Origin: a virus
Lineage: Duplodnaviria > Caudoviricetes
IMG/VR virus record: IMGVR_UViG_3300007354_000003
Span: 1-44,414 of that record
Reading direction: 5' to 3' (one strand)
DNA length: 44,414 nt
Shown piece by piece: positions 1 to 9,014 of this stretch. Made by a program: the position numbers and the translations under genes. The notes below the pieces were generated by a model. The model saw nothing but the letters and a program-made list of their open reading frames with translations, had not been told where the DNA came from and did not search any database. Position 1 is the first letter of the stretch, and every line of letters begins with the position of its first letter.

Positions 1-99
1 TACGCTGCCGGTACTGGATGTTGTTATAGGCGGTGTTCGTGCCCCAACCAAGACCGTGCCAAACCACATGAACGTTGTCGGAAGAATCAATGGCGATAG
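1..99. repeat. Terminal overlap identical to 44316-44414 (circular assembly junction)
   Basis: First 99 nt match the last 99 nt exactly; joining restores one continuous minus-strand ORF. Confidence 0.95.
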
Positions 100-463
100 C
101 AGGGGAATATTGATGAGCATTCTTATCCGTCACTGCTTCCTGTGTCTGCCAGGAAGTCGTCCGCTTACGGTACTGGATGTTCTCGTAGGCGGTGTTCGTG
201 CCCCAACTCGAGCCGTACCAAACCACATGAACGTTGTCGGACGAATCGATGGCGATGGTGGGTCCGGCCTGGTTCGCCGACGCGCTGGTGACGGCTTCCT
301 CGGTCCAGGTCGCCCCGCCGTCGTCGGAATAGGCGGCGTAAATCTGGTTGTAGCCGCCCGCCGACTTGACATAGACGGCCCACAACCTGCCCGTGGAGGT
401 CCTGGCGAGGGTGCGGCCCGTGGCGGCATTGGTCGTGGAGGAAGCGACGGTGTAGATTGCCAT
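1..463 (-). CDS. 5' part of a beta-propeller repeat virion/receptor-binding protein; continues across the junction into 44315..43468 (about 436 aa total)
   Basis: ATG at 463 after GGGGAGG RBS; MAIYTVASSTT...AYSDDGGATW (Asp-box/BNR-like) then IAIDSSDNVHVVW repeats in frame with the 43468 ORF. Confidence 0.85.
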   Translation of the reverse strand, partial: MAIYTVASSTTNAATGRTLARTSTGRLWAVYVKSAGGYNQIYAAYSDDGGATWTEEAVTSASANQAGPTIAIDSSDNVHVVWYGSSWGTNTAYENIQYRKRTTSWQTQEAVTDKNAHQYSPAIAIDSSDNVHVVWHGLGWGTNTAYNNIQYRQR

Positions 464-485
464 CTAGACGGCCTCCCCTGCGGCC

Positions 486-941
486 CTACTGGACAAACCG
501 CCGCGCCTCCCGCACCGGCCCGGACACGGCGTGGTCGCCGAGCTCGTCGCCCACCGGCCCGCCGACGTAGTGCGCCGAACCGTCCCGGTGCGCCACGATG
601 TAGTACTGGTGCTCCCGCCCGTCCGGCCCGGTCATCGTCACGCCCGCCAGGGTGTCCTCGCGAACGACGGTGTTGTCGGCGCGGACGTGGGTGCGGCGGC
701 ACCAGATGGGGCGCTGGCCGGGGTTCACGGCGACGCGGTAGGGCGGGAGGCCCAGGGCGGATTGAAGGGAGACCTCCGACAGGCCGGCCGTGGGCTGGTC
801 CCAGAACGACCGTTCGCGCCCGTCGCGGTCGAACTGCGCGGCCCAGGAGCCGTCGGTGTACGCGAGGACCCAGAAGTAGGGGCGCGCGTCGGGGACCAGG
901 ATGTCGGGCCGGTCGTCATCCTTCTTGCGGCGACCGAGCAT
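486..941 (-). CDS. Hypothetical protein (virion gene cluster)
   Basis: 151-aa ORF abutting its neighbours, with normal protein composition. Confidence 0.65.
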   Translation of the reverse strand: MLGRRKKDDDRPDILVPDARPYFWVLAYTDGSWAAQFDRDGRERSFWDQPTAGLSEVSLQSALGLPPYRVAVNPGQRPIWCRRTHVRADNTVVREDTLAGVTMTGPDGREHQYYIVAHRDGSAHYVGGPVGDELGDHAVSGPVREARRFVQ

Positions 942-1435
942 CAGCTTTCATCCCAACGGAAGGCGAACGTCTCGCTGTTGGCGTTGCTCGCCGTGGTCGC
1001 CGTGGGCGCGATGTCGGCCTGCAGGACCACGAAGTCGCCAAAGTTGCCGGTCGTCGCGCCGATGCTGCCAGTGACGGAGAGCGGGGCACCGGACGTGTAG
1101 GTGAACGCGTCCGTGGTCGCCACGGTGGAATCGGTGTTGACGGGCTCGGTGTACGACGCGGAAGCCTGCGTCCCGGCGTAGACGGAGACACCCGTGCCGA
1201 GGCCGTTCGCGCCGTCGGTGTAGAACTTGATGTTGTTGATTGCGGTCACGGGGGCGACGGTCGCGTTGAGCCGGAGCTTGACCTCGTAGGAGTAACTCGT
1301 CCCCGAGCCGGGGATGAGGATGGCGTCGGACGTGTCATCGACCGTCGTCTGCGCGTTGCGGAAACGGAACGCGGTGACAGTGGTGTAGGTGGGGCCGATG
1401 CTCGTCGCCTGCTGGACCACTACGGTTGCAGCCAT
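941..1435 (-). CDS. Putative virion structural protein (Thr-rich, beta/Ig-like)
   Basis: AGGAGG RBS; MAATVVVQQATS...FAFRWDES; located among structural genes. Confidence 0.7.
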   Translation of the reverse strand: MAATVVVQQATSIGPTYTTVTAFRFRNAQTTVDDTSDAILIPGSGTSYSYEVKLRLNATVAPVTAINNIKFYTDGANGLGTGVSVYAGTQASASYTEPVNTDSTVATTDAFTYTSGAPLSVTGSIGATTGNFGDFVVLQADIAPTATTASNANSETFAFRWDES

Positions 1436-1448
1436 GTGCTAGACCTCC

Positions 1449-1826
1449 TTACTCGTTCTTCGAATCCCCGACCCAGCCGTAGATGTAGACGTAGCCCACG
1501 TTGCCCGCCCCACCGGACGCGGCGAGGGTGGCGACGGTGTCAGCGCCCGCGGAAATCCTCAAGGGCGGCCAGAAGTCCTCGTTGTGGGAGTTGGTGATGA
1601 GCCGCTGGCCCTTCACGGTGGTGCCGTCCTTCCACGTGAGGACCTTGGCGGCGGCGGGGGCGGAGTCGAAGGAGCCGACAATCTTGGTGATGAACGCGTT
1701 GAGGCCCGCCGTGCCGGTGAGGGTCGCGGTGGCCGTGGCGTTATCCCCCGTGCCGGACGCGAGGAGCGTCACGGTGGGGCACATGGGTTGCCCGCTGGGA
1801 TAGACGGGATAGACTGGCTGAGCCAT
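1449..1826 (-). CDS. Putative virion structural protein
   Basis: 125-aa Ala/Thr/Gly-rich ORF in the structural operon. Confidence 0.65.
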   Translation of the reverse strand: MAQPVYPVYPSGQPMCPTVTLLASGTGDNATATATLTGTAGLNAFITKIVGSFDSAPAAAKVLTWKDGTTVKGQRLITNSHNEDFWPPLRISAGADTVATLAASGGAGNVGYVYIYGWVGDSKNE

Positions 1827-2245
1827 TACTTACGCCTTCCCTTCTTCGCCGGACTCTTGGCCTTGGGCGCCTCCGCCTCGGCCTTGAGGCCTGGGAATGC
1901 CTCCTCCTCCGCCTGCACGCGCGCGGGCTTCTTCACCGGCTCCGGCGCGTTGAACGGTATCTCCTCAAGGCGGAGGTTGGGGCGGCGCATCCCGTACTGC
2001 TTCCGGTCGATCTCGCCATAACGGAGCCGGACGCGCTTGTGCTCGGCGTCCACGTCGGCGGGAGTCTCCCACATGGCGTCCGGGTAGCCCATCCAGTGGT
2101 AGAAGGCGACGCGGGGGACCTTCAAGCGGTATCCGGCGGGGATGGAGTAGACCGTGCCGTCGTACTTGTCCTCGAAGTCACGCGGGCCGTCGTTCACGGC
2201 GTAGACTTCGGGGTTGAGGCCGTGCAGGGCGTCGCGCTTAAGCAA
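1826..2245 (-). CDS. Hypothetical protein with basic C-terminal tail
   Basis: Likely TTG start at 2245 after AAGGAGGG; ends KAKSPAKKGRRK. Confidence 0.6.
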   Translation of the reverse strand: MLKRDALHGLNPEVYAVNDGPRDFEDKYDGTVYSIPAGYRLKVPRVAFYHWMGYPDAMWETPADVDAEHKRVRLRYGEIDRKQYGMRRPNLRLEEIPFNAPEPVKKPARVQAEEEAFPGLKAEAEAPKAKSPAKKGRRK

Positions 2246-2432
2246 GACCTTCGCCCTCCTTCTCGTCGGCGGCCTGGGCGGCGGCCTGGAGTCGTTGCAG
2301 TTCGGCGATGGCACCCTCAAGGCGGGCACCCTCGTCGTTCACGCGGCCAATCTCCGCACGCAAAGCCCGGAACCGTTGGACGCAGGCCGCGTGCTTTTCC
2401 TGGAGTTCCTTCAGGCGTTTCTCGATGTCCAT
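2238..2432 (-). CDS. Small coiled-coil protein (possible fibre chaperone)
   Basis: GGAGGAG RBS; MDIEKRLKELQEK heptad pattern; follows the fibre-like gene. Confidence 0.7.
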   Translation of the reverse strand: MDIEKRLKELQEKHAACVQRFRALRAEIGRVNDEGARLEGAIAELQRLQAAAQAADEKEGEGLA

Positions 2433-2499
2433 GACTCCTCCAAAGAGAGAAGGGGCTGCCCCAATGCCCTGTGTGGAGGAGAGGCAGCCCCTTCCGTGT

Positions 2500-3258
2500 T
2501 TAGCTATCAGCCCAGAGCGGTATGCGGTAGACGGTGCCGCCGATGTCGATGCGGAGATACATCTGGTCGGCGACGAAGGCCGGGGTCCCGTTGTCCGCCC
2601 AGGCCGTGCCGGCAGCGGCATAGGCCGCAGCGGACTTCGAGCCGTCGCCCACAATCTTGAGCGCGGGCACGTCGGCGGGGCCGGTGATGACGAGTTGGTC
2701 CTCGGACTCGTCCCACAGGAAACTGCATCCTGCCGTGGCTCCGAAGAATTGCACGTCGTACCCCGTATCGCTGACGCCCACAGTCACCGTTCCGTCGATG
2801 TCGACGGTGCAGGTTAGATAGACCGTGTCCACCGATTCATCCCAGAAGAATTTCTTGCCAGTAGTCGCGCCGAAGAACGTCACGTCATAGCCGGTGTCAT
2901 CCACGCCGACCGTCACGTTGCCGTCGATGTCAACGGTGCAAGTGAGGTAGGCCGTATCAGCCGACTCATCCCAGAAGAACTTCTTGCCAGATGTCGCGCC
3001 GAAGAACGTCACGTCATAGCCCGTGTCGTCAACGCCCACAGTGATGTTGCCGTCGATGTCAACGGTGCAAGTGAGATACGTGGTATCGGCGGACGCGTCG
3101 AAGAAGAACTTCTTGCCGGACGTATCGCCGTAGAAGTTCACATCGTGTCCGTAGTCGTTGCGCCCGACAGTCAGTTCGGCGTAGAGGGTCTGCGGCATCG
3201 ACTGGTAGACCTCGGTCACCGCAGCCGGGCAGTAGTTACGCTGATTGCCAAGAGGCAT
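2500..3258 (-). CDS. Fibre-like virion protein with about four 43-aa repeats
   Basis: Repeats VGVDDTGYDVTFFGATSGKKFFWDESADTAYLTCTVDIDGN; 129-bp period (2872 vs 3001). Confidence 0.8.
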   Translation of the reverse strand: MPLGNQRNYCPAAVTEVYQSMPQTLYAELTVGRNDYGHDVNFYGDTSGKKFFFDASADTTYLTCTVDIDGNITVGVDDTGYDVTFFGATSGKKFFWDESADTAYLTCTVDIDGNVTVGVDDTGYDVTFFGATTGKKFFWDESVDTVYLTCTVDIDGTVTVGVSDTGYDVQFFGATAGCSFLWDESEDQLVITGPADVPALKIVGDGSKSAAAYAAAGTAWADNGTPAFVADQMYLRIDIGGTVYRIPLWADS

Positions 3259-3351
3259 CTATCCATCTCCCTTCCGTGCGAGATACCCCGAAAGAGGGGC
3301 GGGGCCGGACCTCGGGAGGGGGTGAGGCCCGGCCCCTGGGGTGGGGAAACG

Positions 3352-3855
3352 CTAGTTGTCGATGGTGAGATAGGCGGCCACGGTGTTGGCGGTGTCGTCG
3401 TCCGCAGCCACGGCGTAACCCAGGATGCGGTGTGTCGGGGCCGTGCCGCTGGCGACGGAATCGCACACGCCGTCAGTGGTGGGGTCCACGATGAGGGTGG
3501 CGTACTTCGCTATGTCGTCGTCGCCGTTGGTCTTGAGCGCCGAGTGGTAGCCGCCGGACTGAATCCAGACGTAGTAGCCGGCGGTGCCGGTCCCGATGCC
3601 CACGCCGGCCGCCGCGTTCTGCCCGGTGTCGGAGATGTCGCTCGTCACCGTGGTATGATACGCGTCGGTGTAGGTGAGCACCGTGCCGTTGGCGACTGTG
3701 GTGTCGGAAGCGACCGCCACGTAGCGGTAGACCTTCACGCCGCCATTCGTCGCGTCGTACTCGTAACGCTTGGCGCCGAGAGGCTCTTTGCGTGTAGAGT
3801 CGTTCGCGCTGAGGGCGGTCGCGAAGAGATGTCCGAACTCGCCGTACTTAGCCAT
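3352..3855 (-). CDS. Capsid decoration/cement protein
   Basis: Directly downstream of the capsid gene; GGGAGG RBS; beta-rich; GYYVWIQSGG motif typical of this position. Confidence 0.7.
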   Translation of the reverse strand: MAKYGEFGHLFATALSANDSTRKEPLGAKRYEYDATNGGVKVYRYVAVASDTTVANGTVLTYTDAYHTTVTSDISDTGQNAAAGVGIGTGTAGYYVWIQSGGYHSALKTNGDDDIAKYATLIVDPTTDGVCDSVASGTAPTHRILGYAVAADDDTANTVAAYLTIDN

Positions 3856-3873
3856 GTTCTCTAAGAGCCTCCC

Positions 3874-4359
3874 TTACGTTGAGATGGAAACGATGCGGCC
3901 CTGGTAGCGGCAGTTGGAGCAGGTGAGGTTGCCCTTCCAGATGAGCTGGGCCGTCATCATGTCCTGGAGCACGGGGTCTTTCCAGCCCGTGAAGTGGAAA
4001 TTGGCGTACTTCGCGAGCGGGCGCCACTTGAGGTAGTCGAAGTTGAGGAAGTACATCTCGCCCGACGGGCACTGCGCGTCCACGGTGATTGGGATGCCGC
4101 TGATGACGATCTTCTGATAGCCGAACTTCGCGGTCTCCTTGTCGGAGTAGTCGCGCTGGTAGGGCGTCAGTATCGTGTAGATGTCATCCCAGACATCCTG
4201 GGTCGTGATGATGAGCTGGGGCCGGATGTTGCCGTCGGTCAGGTCCCCGACCATCGCCTGGATGGCTTCGAGACTGATGTAGTCGGAAAGCGCGGTGTAC
4301 TTCGCCTTCCACCAGGTCTCCGCCGAGCGCGAGATGCCGCCGTACGTCGCCACGTTGGT
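3874..4359 (-). CDS. Major capsid protein, exon 2
   Basis: TNVATYGGISRS...MYFLNFDYL...GNLTCSN; joins exon 1 in frame after the intron's terminal G at 4360. Confidence 0.88.
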   Translation of the reverse strand, partial: TNVATYGGISRSAETWWKAKYTALSDYISLEAIQAMVGDLTDGNIRPQLIITTQDVWDDIYTILTPYQRDYSDKETAKFGYQKIVISGIPITVDAQCPSGEMYFLNFDYLKWRPLAKYANFHFTGWKDPVLQDMMTAQLIWKGNLTCSNCRYQGRIVSIST

Positions 4360-5113
4360 CAATTTTGTTACTACTCGACCTAGCCGAGCGGGGCGGTCAT
4401 TTCTGCCGCCCTCCCCATGTCGCCATGAGGTTCGGACTCTATCTTCACCTTTTCAGGTGTCTGGCGTATTAGTCTCTGAGGGTTCTCTATGTGCGCGTGA
4501 CATGTGCGGCACAGCGTGATACCATTGGAGAGGGCGAACCTCAGTGCGGGATGGTCGGCAAACCTCTTGATGTGATGGGCCACGATAGCCCGCCCTTTGT
4601 ACCCGCACGTCCGGCACGTCCACTTGTCCCGGCGATAGACGGCTGCCCTCCACTCTCGATACGCGTCCAGTCTGCGAACCCTGGAGTGTTCGTCCGTCAC
4701 CCCGCCATTCCAGAGCGGGTTACGGGAGCCAGTGAAATAGTGCTTCGCTCGGCAGGAGTGAGAGCAGAACTTCGCCGTGTCCTTTCGATAAGGGGACACC
4801 CTGAACTCCATCCCACACGTCTTGCAGATAACCGTGTACTTGGGCTTGGCTGTGGGATGCGTGTCTCCAGCGCGTCCGATATTGACCTTCCACCACGCCT
4901 CGTAGCAGGCACGGTTACAGAAGTGTCGTTTGTTTCGTCGCACCTTGTTGGGTTCACGGTGTCTTATCTTCTTACCACATGTCTCGCAGTTCACTTAGAG
5001 CCTTCCCTGCTGGTCGTCCGCACCCGGAGGATTGTCACTCGCCTTGCGGCAAGTACCTCGGGATACTCGGAGTTCCCAGCATATAGCCAGATTTAAGCGA
5101 CGGCACATAGGAT
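4360..5113 (-). mobile_element. Group I self-splicing intron (754 nt) in the major capsid gene
   Basis: P1 exon CGACGGU pairs with GCCGUCG (U-G at the splice site); P3 UCUGGC/GCCAGA; P AUGCUGGGAA; Q GACCAGCAGG; R CUCAGAGACUA; S AAGAUAGAGUCC; ends AACAAAAUUG. Confidence 0.92.
4380..4994 (-). CDS. Intron-encoded HNH homing endonuclease with N-terminal Cys zinc-binding repeats
   Basis: CETC..FCNRAC, CKTC..FCSHSC; CRTC...AHHIK...NGITLCRTCH HNH motif. Confidence 0.9.
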   Translation of the reverse strand: MNCETCGKKIRHREPNKVRRNKRHFCNRACYEAWWKVNIGRAGDTHPTAKPKYTVICKTCGMEFRVSPYRKDTAKFCSHSCRAKHYFTGSRNPLWNGGVTDEHSRVRRLDAYREWRAAVYRRDKWTCRTCGYKGRAIVAHHIKRFADHPALRFALSNGITLCRTCHAHIENPQRLIRQTPEKVKIESEPHGDMGRAAEMTAPLG

Positions 5114-5584
5114 ACCGTCGTCGCACACGGCCTTGAGACCCGTGATGTCCTTCGAGTCGTTACCGGTCCCGGCGGTGAAGAGCTGGGTCGTGAGCTCGTA
5201 CGTCATGGTCTTCTCGGCGTTCCGCAGGGCGGCACGGACGAGGTCCACCAGGGCGTCGGGGCCTTTGCACTTATCGATGTCGTCACCCAGAAGAGTGACG
5301 GAGACGTAGGTGTCCTTGACGCCGAACTGCGCCTTGGTGGCGAATTCGTGCACGGCCGCCGAGAAGGTGTCCGAACCGGAGTAGGACCCGCGGTTCGGGT
5401 TGATGGCGTACTCCAGCGGCTCCTCGATGAGCAGGCCGCCCGCGAAGGTCTTCTGCTTGGACCGGAACTTCTGCAGCGCTGGCGTCGCGTTGAAAACGTT
5501 GTCCGCGAGGATGCTCGACGCGACGTATTCGGCGCCGATGGTGTTGATGGTGTTGAGTACCTTCGAGTAGGTAGGAACTGCCAA
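5114..5584 (-). CDS. Major capsid protein, exon 1 (spliced product about 318 aa)
   Basis: TTG start after GAAGGAG; LADNVFNATP...DSKDITGLKAVCDDG; follows the scaffold gene. Confidence 0.88.
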
Positions 5585-5625
5585 ACTGTCTCTCTCCTTC
5601 CGCGTGGCGCGGGAGCCAGCGGGGG

Positions 5626-5653
5626 CAAACAAAAACACCGCCCGAAGGCGGTG
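5626..5653 (-). terminator. Intrinsic terminator/attenuator hairpin between scaffold and capsid genes
   Basis: CACCGCC-TTCG-GGCGGTG followed by TTTTTGTTT. Confidence 0.7.
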
Positions 5654-5688
5654 CCTCTATCGTTGTCTTGGTTACCGGCCCTGCGCCG

Positions 5689-6444
5689 TTATTCTAGGTC
5701 CTCCACTTTCAGTTCCATCTCACGCCAGAACTCGTCCTCGGTCGGCCTCCGCTTCACAGCGGACCCGCCGCCCGTCTTCTTCGGACCCGCCTTCCGGCGC
5801 GACTCCTCAAGCCGCGTGAGCGTGCCCTTCTCGGCCGCCTTCTCGCGATACCGCAGGATTTCCGCACGGTGTGCGAGGAAGTAGGCGTCGACGAGGGGCA
5901 GGCCAGGGTAAGCCTCCCGGATGGCGTCTAGGTCCTCGTCCGCGCCGAGTTCGCGCCCCAGCCACCTCGGGACGTTCTCCCGCAAGGTGGCGAGTTCGCG
6001 TTCGGCGAGGAGGGCGTCGACGCGCGGGTCGCGGTACTCGGGCTCGTAACCCGCTTTCGCGGCCCCGGCGCGCTGGATGAGCCAGTCGCGCACCTCGGGG
6101 TCGGCGTCGGCGAGCTGCTTCACGATGCGGCCGATCTCCGCGAGTTGGCCGGCTTCGCCCAGCTTCTTCTTCGTCTCGCTGAGTTCTCGCGTGATTTCCT
6201 CGAAACGCAGGCCTTTCTGGACAAGGGGCCTTACTGTATCCTTGTCCCACTTGACCTGGCGCGTCTCGCCGCGAACGACGGCTTCGAGGTAGTCCGCCGC
6301 TGCGTCTTCGGCCTGGGTCTCGTCGTCGAGTTGCCCGGCCTCGCCCTCTTTGGAGTCTCCGGCCTCGGCTTCGGCGTTGCCCTCGTCTTCAGGGTCGAGG
6401 GTCTCCTCCGCCTCGGGGTCGAGTTGCTCCGTCTCGTCGGGCAT
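5689..6444 (-). CDS. Capsid scaffolding protein
   Basis: Very acidic N-terminus, helical; lies between portal and capsid genes; AAGGAG RBS. Confidence 0.75.
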   Translation of the reverse strand: MPDETEQLDPEAEETLDPEDEGNAEAEAGDSKEGEAGQLDDETQAEDAAADYLEAVVRGETRQVKWDKDTVRPLVQKGLRFEEITRELSETKKKLGEAGQLAEIGRIVKQLADADPEVRDWLIQRAGAAKAGYEPEYRDPRVDALLAERELATLRENVPRWLGRELGADEDLDAIREAYPGLPLVDAYFLAHRAEILRYREKAAEKGTLTRLEESRRKAGPKKTGGGSAVKRRPTEDEFWREMELKVEDLE

Positions 6445-6525
6445 GTGGTCACACTCCTTCTAAGTGAAACGGCCCCCGTTGCCCGCATGGGGCGGGAGCC
6501 GGTGATGCCTTTGTGTGTGTGTGGC

Positions 6526-6666
6526 TTACTTCTTCCCTCTCTTCAGCTTCTTGAAGATGCCCATGATGTAAGCGTAATCCTCCGCGCGCCCCTGCTGGGC
6601 CGCCAACACCTTCGCCTTGTGCCATAGCTCTTCGTCGCGCTTGGTCTTCACGACGTTGGTGGGCAT
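6526..6666 (-). CDS. Small basic hypothetical protein (46 aa)
   Basis: AGGAGG RBS; MPTNVVKTKRDEELWHKAK...MGIFKKLKRGKK; below the ORF-track length cutoff. Confidence 0.65.
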   Translation of the reverse strand: MPTNVVKTKRDEELWHKAKVLAAQQGRAEDYAYIMGIFKKLKRGKK

Positions 6667-6679
6667 GGGGTCAGGCCTC

Positions 6680-6892
6680 CTATTCGTCCCCCTCCCGCTC
6701 CAGCGAGAGTGTGTACATCCGCCCTACCTGGAGCGGGGTATCGAACTTCTCTCGGTCCCTGAGGACAAACGTCATGTCTACGACCGGTTCCGTCGCCGTG
6801 GCCGGTTCGGGGGCTCCCAGGTGCAGCGAAATCCGCCGCCGGTCTCCTTCGTGGCTTTCGATGATGCGCACAAGCCGTATTTGAAACTTCAT
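6680..6892 (-). CDS. Hypothetical protein
   Basis: 70-aa ORF with GAGAGGGG RBS. Confidence 0.6.
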   Translation of the reverse strand: MKFQIRLVRIIESHEGDRRRISLHLGAPEPATATEPVVDMTFVLRDREKFDTPLQVGRMYTLSLEREGDE

Positions 6893-6953
6893 GTGGCTTC
6901 CCCCTCTCTTAAGTCCTCACCATTCATTCCATGCCACTTAAGCCCTGTGAATT

Positions 6954-7099
6954 GTGGCTGGCGAGTAGGCGTAGCGTGGACGCCTCGTTTAAGTGGTCGG
7001 GGGCCGTGGAGTCGAACCCCGGTCTCGCCACCCCTGTGGCCGCTCTACCGTTGAGCTAACCCCCGGTGTCCCGGGTGCCAGTGGCAACTCGCCAGCCAC
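6954..7099 (-). ncRNA. Structured RNA module A, closed by a 13-bp helix and enclosing a tRNA-like domain
   Basis: Perfect inverted repeat 6954-6966/7087-7099 (GUGGCUGGCGAGU/ACUCGCCAGCCAC); internal hairpins UGCC/GGCA and AGGCGU/ACGCCU. Confidence 0.65.
6994..7065 (-). tRNA. tRNA-like RNA (72 nt, CCA end) with a 4-nt anticodon loop; no assignable anticodon
   Basis: Acceptor CGGGGGU/GCCCCCG+ACCA; D arm GCUC-AACGGUA-GAGC; anticodon arm GCCAC-AGGG-GUGGC; T loop UUCGACU. Confidence 0.8.
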
Positions 7100-7106
7100 T
7101 CTTTGT

Positions 7107-7132
7107 TTTCTCGCGCGCGCGAGTCCGCTCCT
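7107..7132 (-). promoter_or_regulatory. Candidate SigH-type promoter for RNA module A
   Basis: AAAAGGA-N18-GAAA ending 8 nt before the closing helix. Confidence 0.4.
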
Positions 7133-7145
7133 TTTCGGCGTCGCG

Positions 7146-9014
7146 CTACCCGCCCGCCGCCCCTTGCCCCTGGCCGCCCCCGAGCGCCCCTATCGCGCCC
7201 TGGTAGTCGGCGAGCATCGGCGCGACCTGCTGCGCCCACTGGCGGAGTTGCTGCAGCTCGTCCATCTCCGCGACGATCTCCTGCCAGTTGGCCCGCCCGA
7301 AATCTTTGAGCAGGTCCTCCATCCTCAGCGCCTTGCGGTCGAAGAGGAGCAGGGACTCCTGGCGCTTCTGCGTGCGCGCACCGGCAAGGGTGCTCCCGGC
7401 CTCAAAGATGTAGTCGAAGCGCGCCTCGCGCTGTAGCACCTGCGCCTCCATGAGCGGCTGGCCGTCCTCGCCCAGAATGGGCTGGCCGGCTTCGTCAAGG
7501 AGCGGCTGCGGCTCGGCGGCGACGGCCTCGAAGAAGTCACTCTGCGCGTTGACATCGAGGAAACCCCATTGCGGCCGGCGGCCCGTGAGCGGGTCCGGCG
7601 CGACGAGGGGTGAGTCGCCGGCGATACGGACCTGCCGCGTCACGGTGAAATGCCGCTTGATTATCTCATCGTTGAGGCGCGCCAATCGCTGGTTCGCGCG
7701 GTCCATGTTCGCGAGTATCTGCCGGATGCGCGCGAGGGCCATGTCCTGCAGGCGCCCGATGGCGACGCCCGAGGACGCTTCCGGGTCGCGGCCCTGCATG
7801 ACCTCGCGGATACCCGACATGATGTGGAAGTCCTCGCGGGTCTCCTGGAACCACTTGAACACGTCGGCGGGAATGGGGTCGGGAGAATACCACTTCACCT
7901 GGTTTATGTCGTGGACGAGGAGCTTCGCGGCCTCCAGATTGCTTATCATGTCCTTCGTGATGCCGGACTCGGAGGTGTACATGAAGGTCGTCAGCGGTCG
8001 GTACTTCATCGCCTCATACACCCGCGACGCGTAGATGTTCATATCGCGCTGTGCGTCGAGGAGGTCTTCCACGATGCCCGCCGGGTAGCGGCACTCCTCC
8101 TCGGGGTCGACGTAGCCGGGATAGAAGACGAATGGGAAGTCGCCTTCCCATGGTTCGTCCTTGAGTACGCGGCTTCCGGCGATGACGATGAGGCGCTTCG
8201 CGTCACCCTCCGCTTCTTCGTCGAGCGCCCAGATGTGATACACCCATGCGCCTTCGCCCGCCTCCGCCGCGCCCGACGCCACGCCGTCGACCTCTTTGTC
8301 CGTGTCGGCCGGCACCACGTCGGACTCTCCGCGCCGCTGCCGCTCCTCCGGGGAGATGTCCTCCGCCGCCTTGCCGTACTCGCGACGCAAACGCCACATG
8401 GGCCACCAAGCCTCGGTGGCGATGAAGCTGAAATCCGAGAGGTCGAACCAGTCGCGGCCATCGGGGTCCGGGAGGACGTGCTTCCAGTCCAGCACGTCCA
8501 CGTCGGGGTCACCTAACGGGTAGTTCTTATCCGGGTCGAACGTCACATAGACCGCGCCGATGCCGCCGACGAGGACACTCCGGACGGCGATGGGGTAGAG
8601 GACGGGCATGTCCTCCACGTCCCAGCAGTAGTCCTGGAGCACCGTCATCTTCTCGGCGCGCTCAAGGTCGTTCTCCTCGCGCGGGAGGGCGACGATGCCC
8701 GGCTTCGCGTCGCAAATCAGCGCCACGCCGTCCTCGACCGTGGAGCGGATGTAGTTCCGCTGGCGCACCGGTCGGCCCTTCTCGTGCTCGTCGGCCCGGT
8801 AGCTGGGCGTTGTGTGCTCGCCGCGCCAGAACCGCCAGCAGCGGTCGATGACTTCCTGCCGCTTGGCTTTGGCCTTCTTCGCGCGGTCGAGTTCGGCTTT
8901 CCAGCGATTGACGAACTCCAACTCGTCGGCGCGCTCGCGGCCATGGATGGTGGCGACGGCGGCCCTCTTGACTTTCTTGCCCACGTCGCGGACGGCCCGC
9001 GTCAGAACGTTCAA
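7146..9014 (-). CDS. Portal protein (P22-like)
   Basis: TTG start at 9014 overlapping the terL stop, with GAGGAGG RBS; RNYIRSTVE, FPFVFY, GIVEDLLDAQRDMN, SGIREVMQG..SGVAI motifs. Confidence 0.85.
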   Translation of the reverse strand: MNVLTRAVRDVGKKVKRAAVATIHGRERADELEFVNRWKAELDRAKKAKAKRQEVIDRCWRFWRGEHTTPSYRADEHEKGRPVRQRNYIRSTVEDGVALICDAKPGIVALPREENDLERAEKMTVLQDYCWDVEDMPVLYPIAVRSVLVGGIGAVYVTFDPDKNYPLGDPDVDVLDWKHVLPDPDGRDWFDLSDFSFIATEAWWPMWRLRREYGKAAEDISPEERQRRGESDVVPADTDKEVDGVASGAAEAGEGAWVYHIWALDEEAEGDAKRLIVIAGSRVLKDEPWEGDFPFVFYPGYVDPEEECRYPAGIVEDLLDAQRDMNIYASRVYEAMKYRPLTTFMYTSESGITKDMISNLEAAKLLVHDINQVKWYSPDPIPADVFKWFQETREDFHIMSGIREVMQGRDPEASSGVAIGRLQDMALARIRQILANMDRANQRLARLNDEIIKRHFTVTRQVRIAGDSPLVAPDPLTGRRPQWGFLDVNAQSDFFEAVAAEPQPLLDEAGQPILGEDGQPLMEAQVLQREARFDYIFEAGSTLAGARTQKRQESLLLFDRKALRMEDLLKDFGRANWQEIVAEMDELQQLRQWAQQVAPMLADYQGAIGALGGGQGQGAAGG

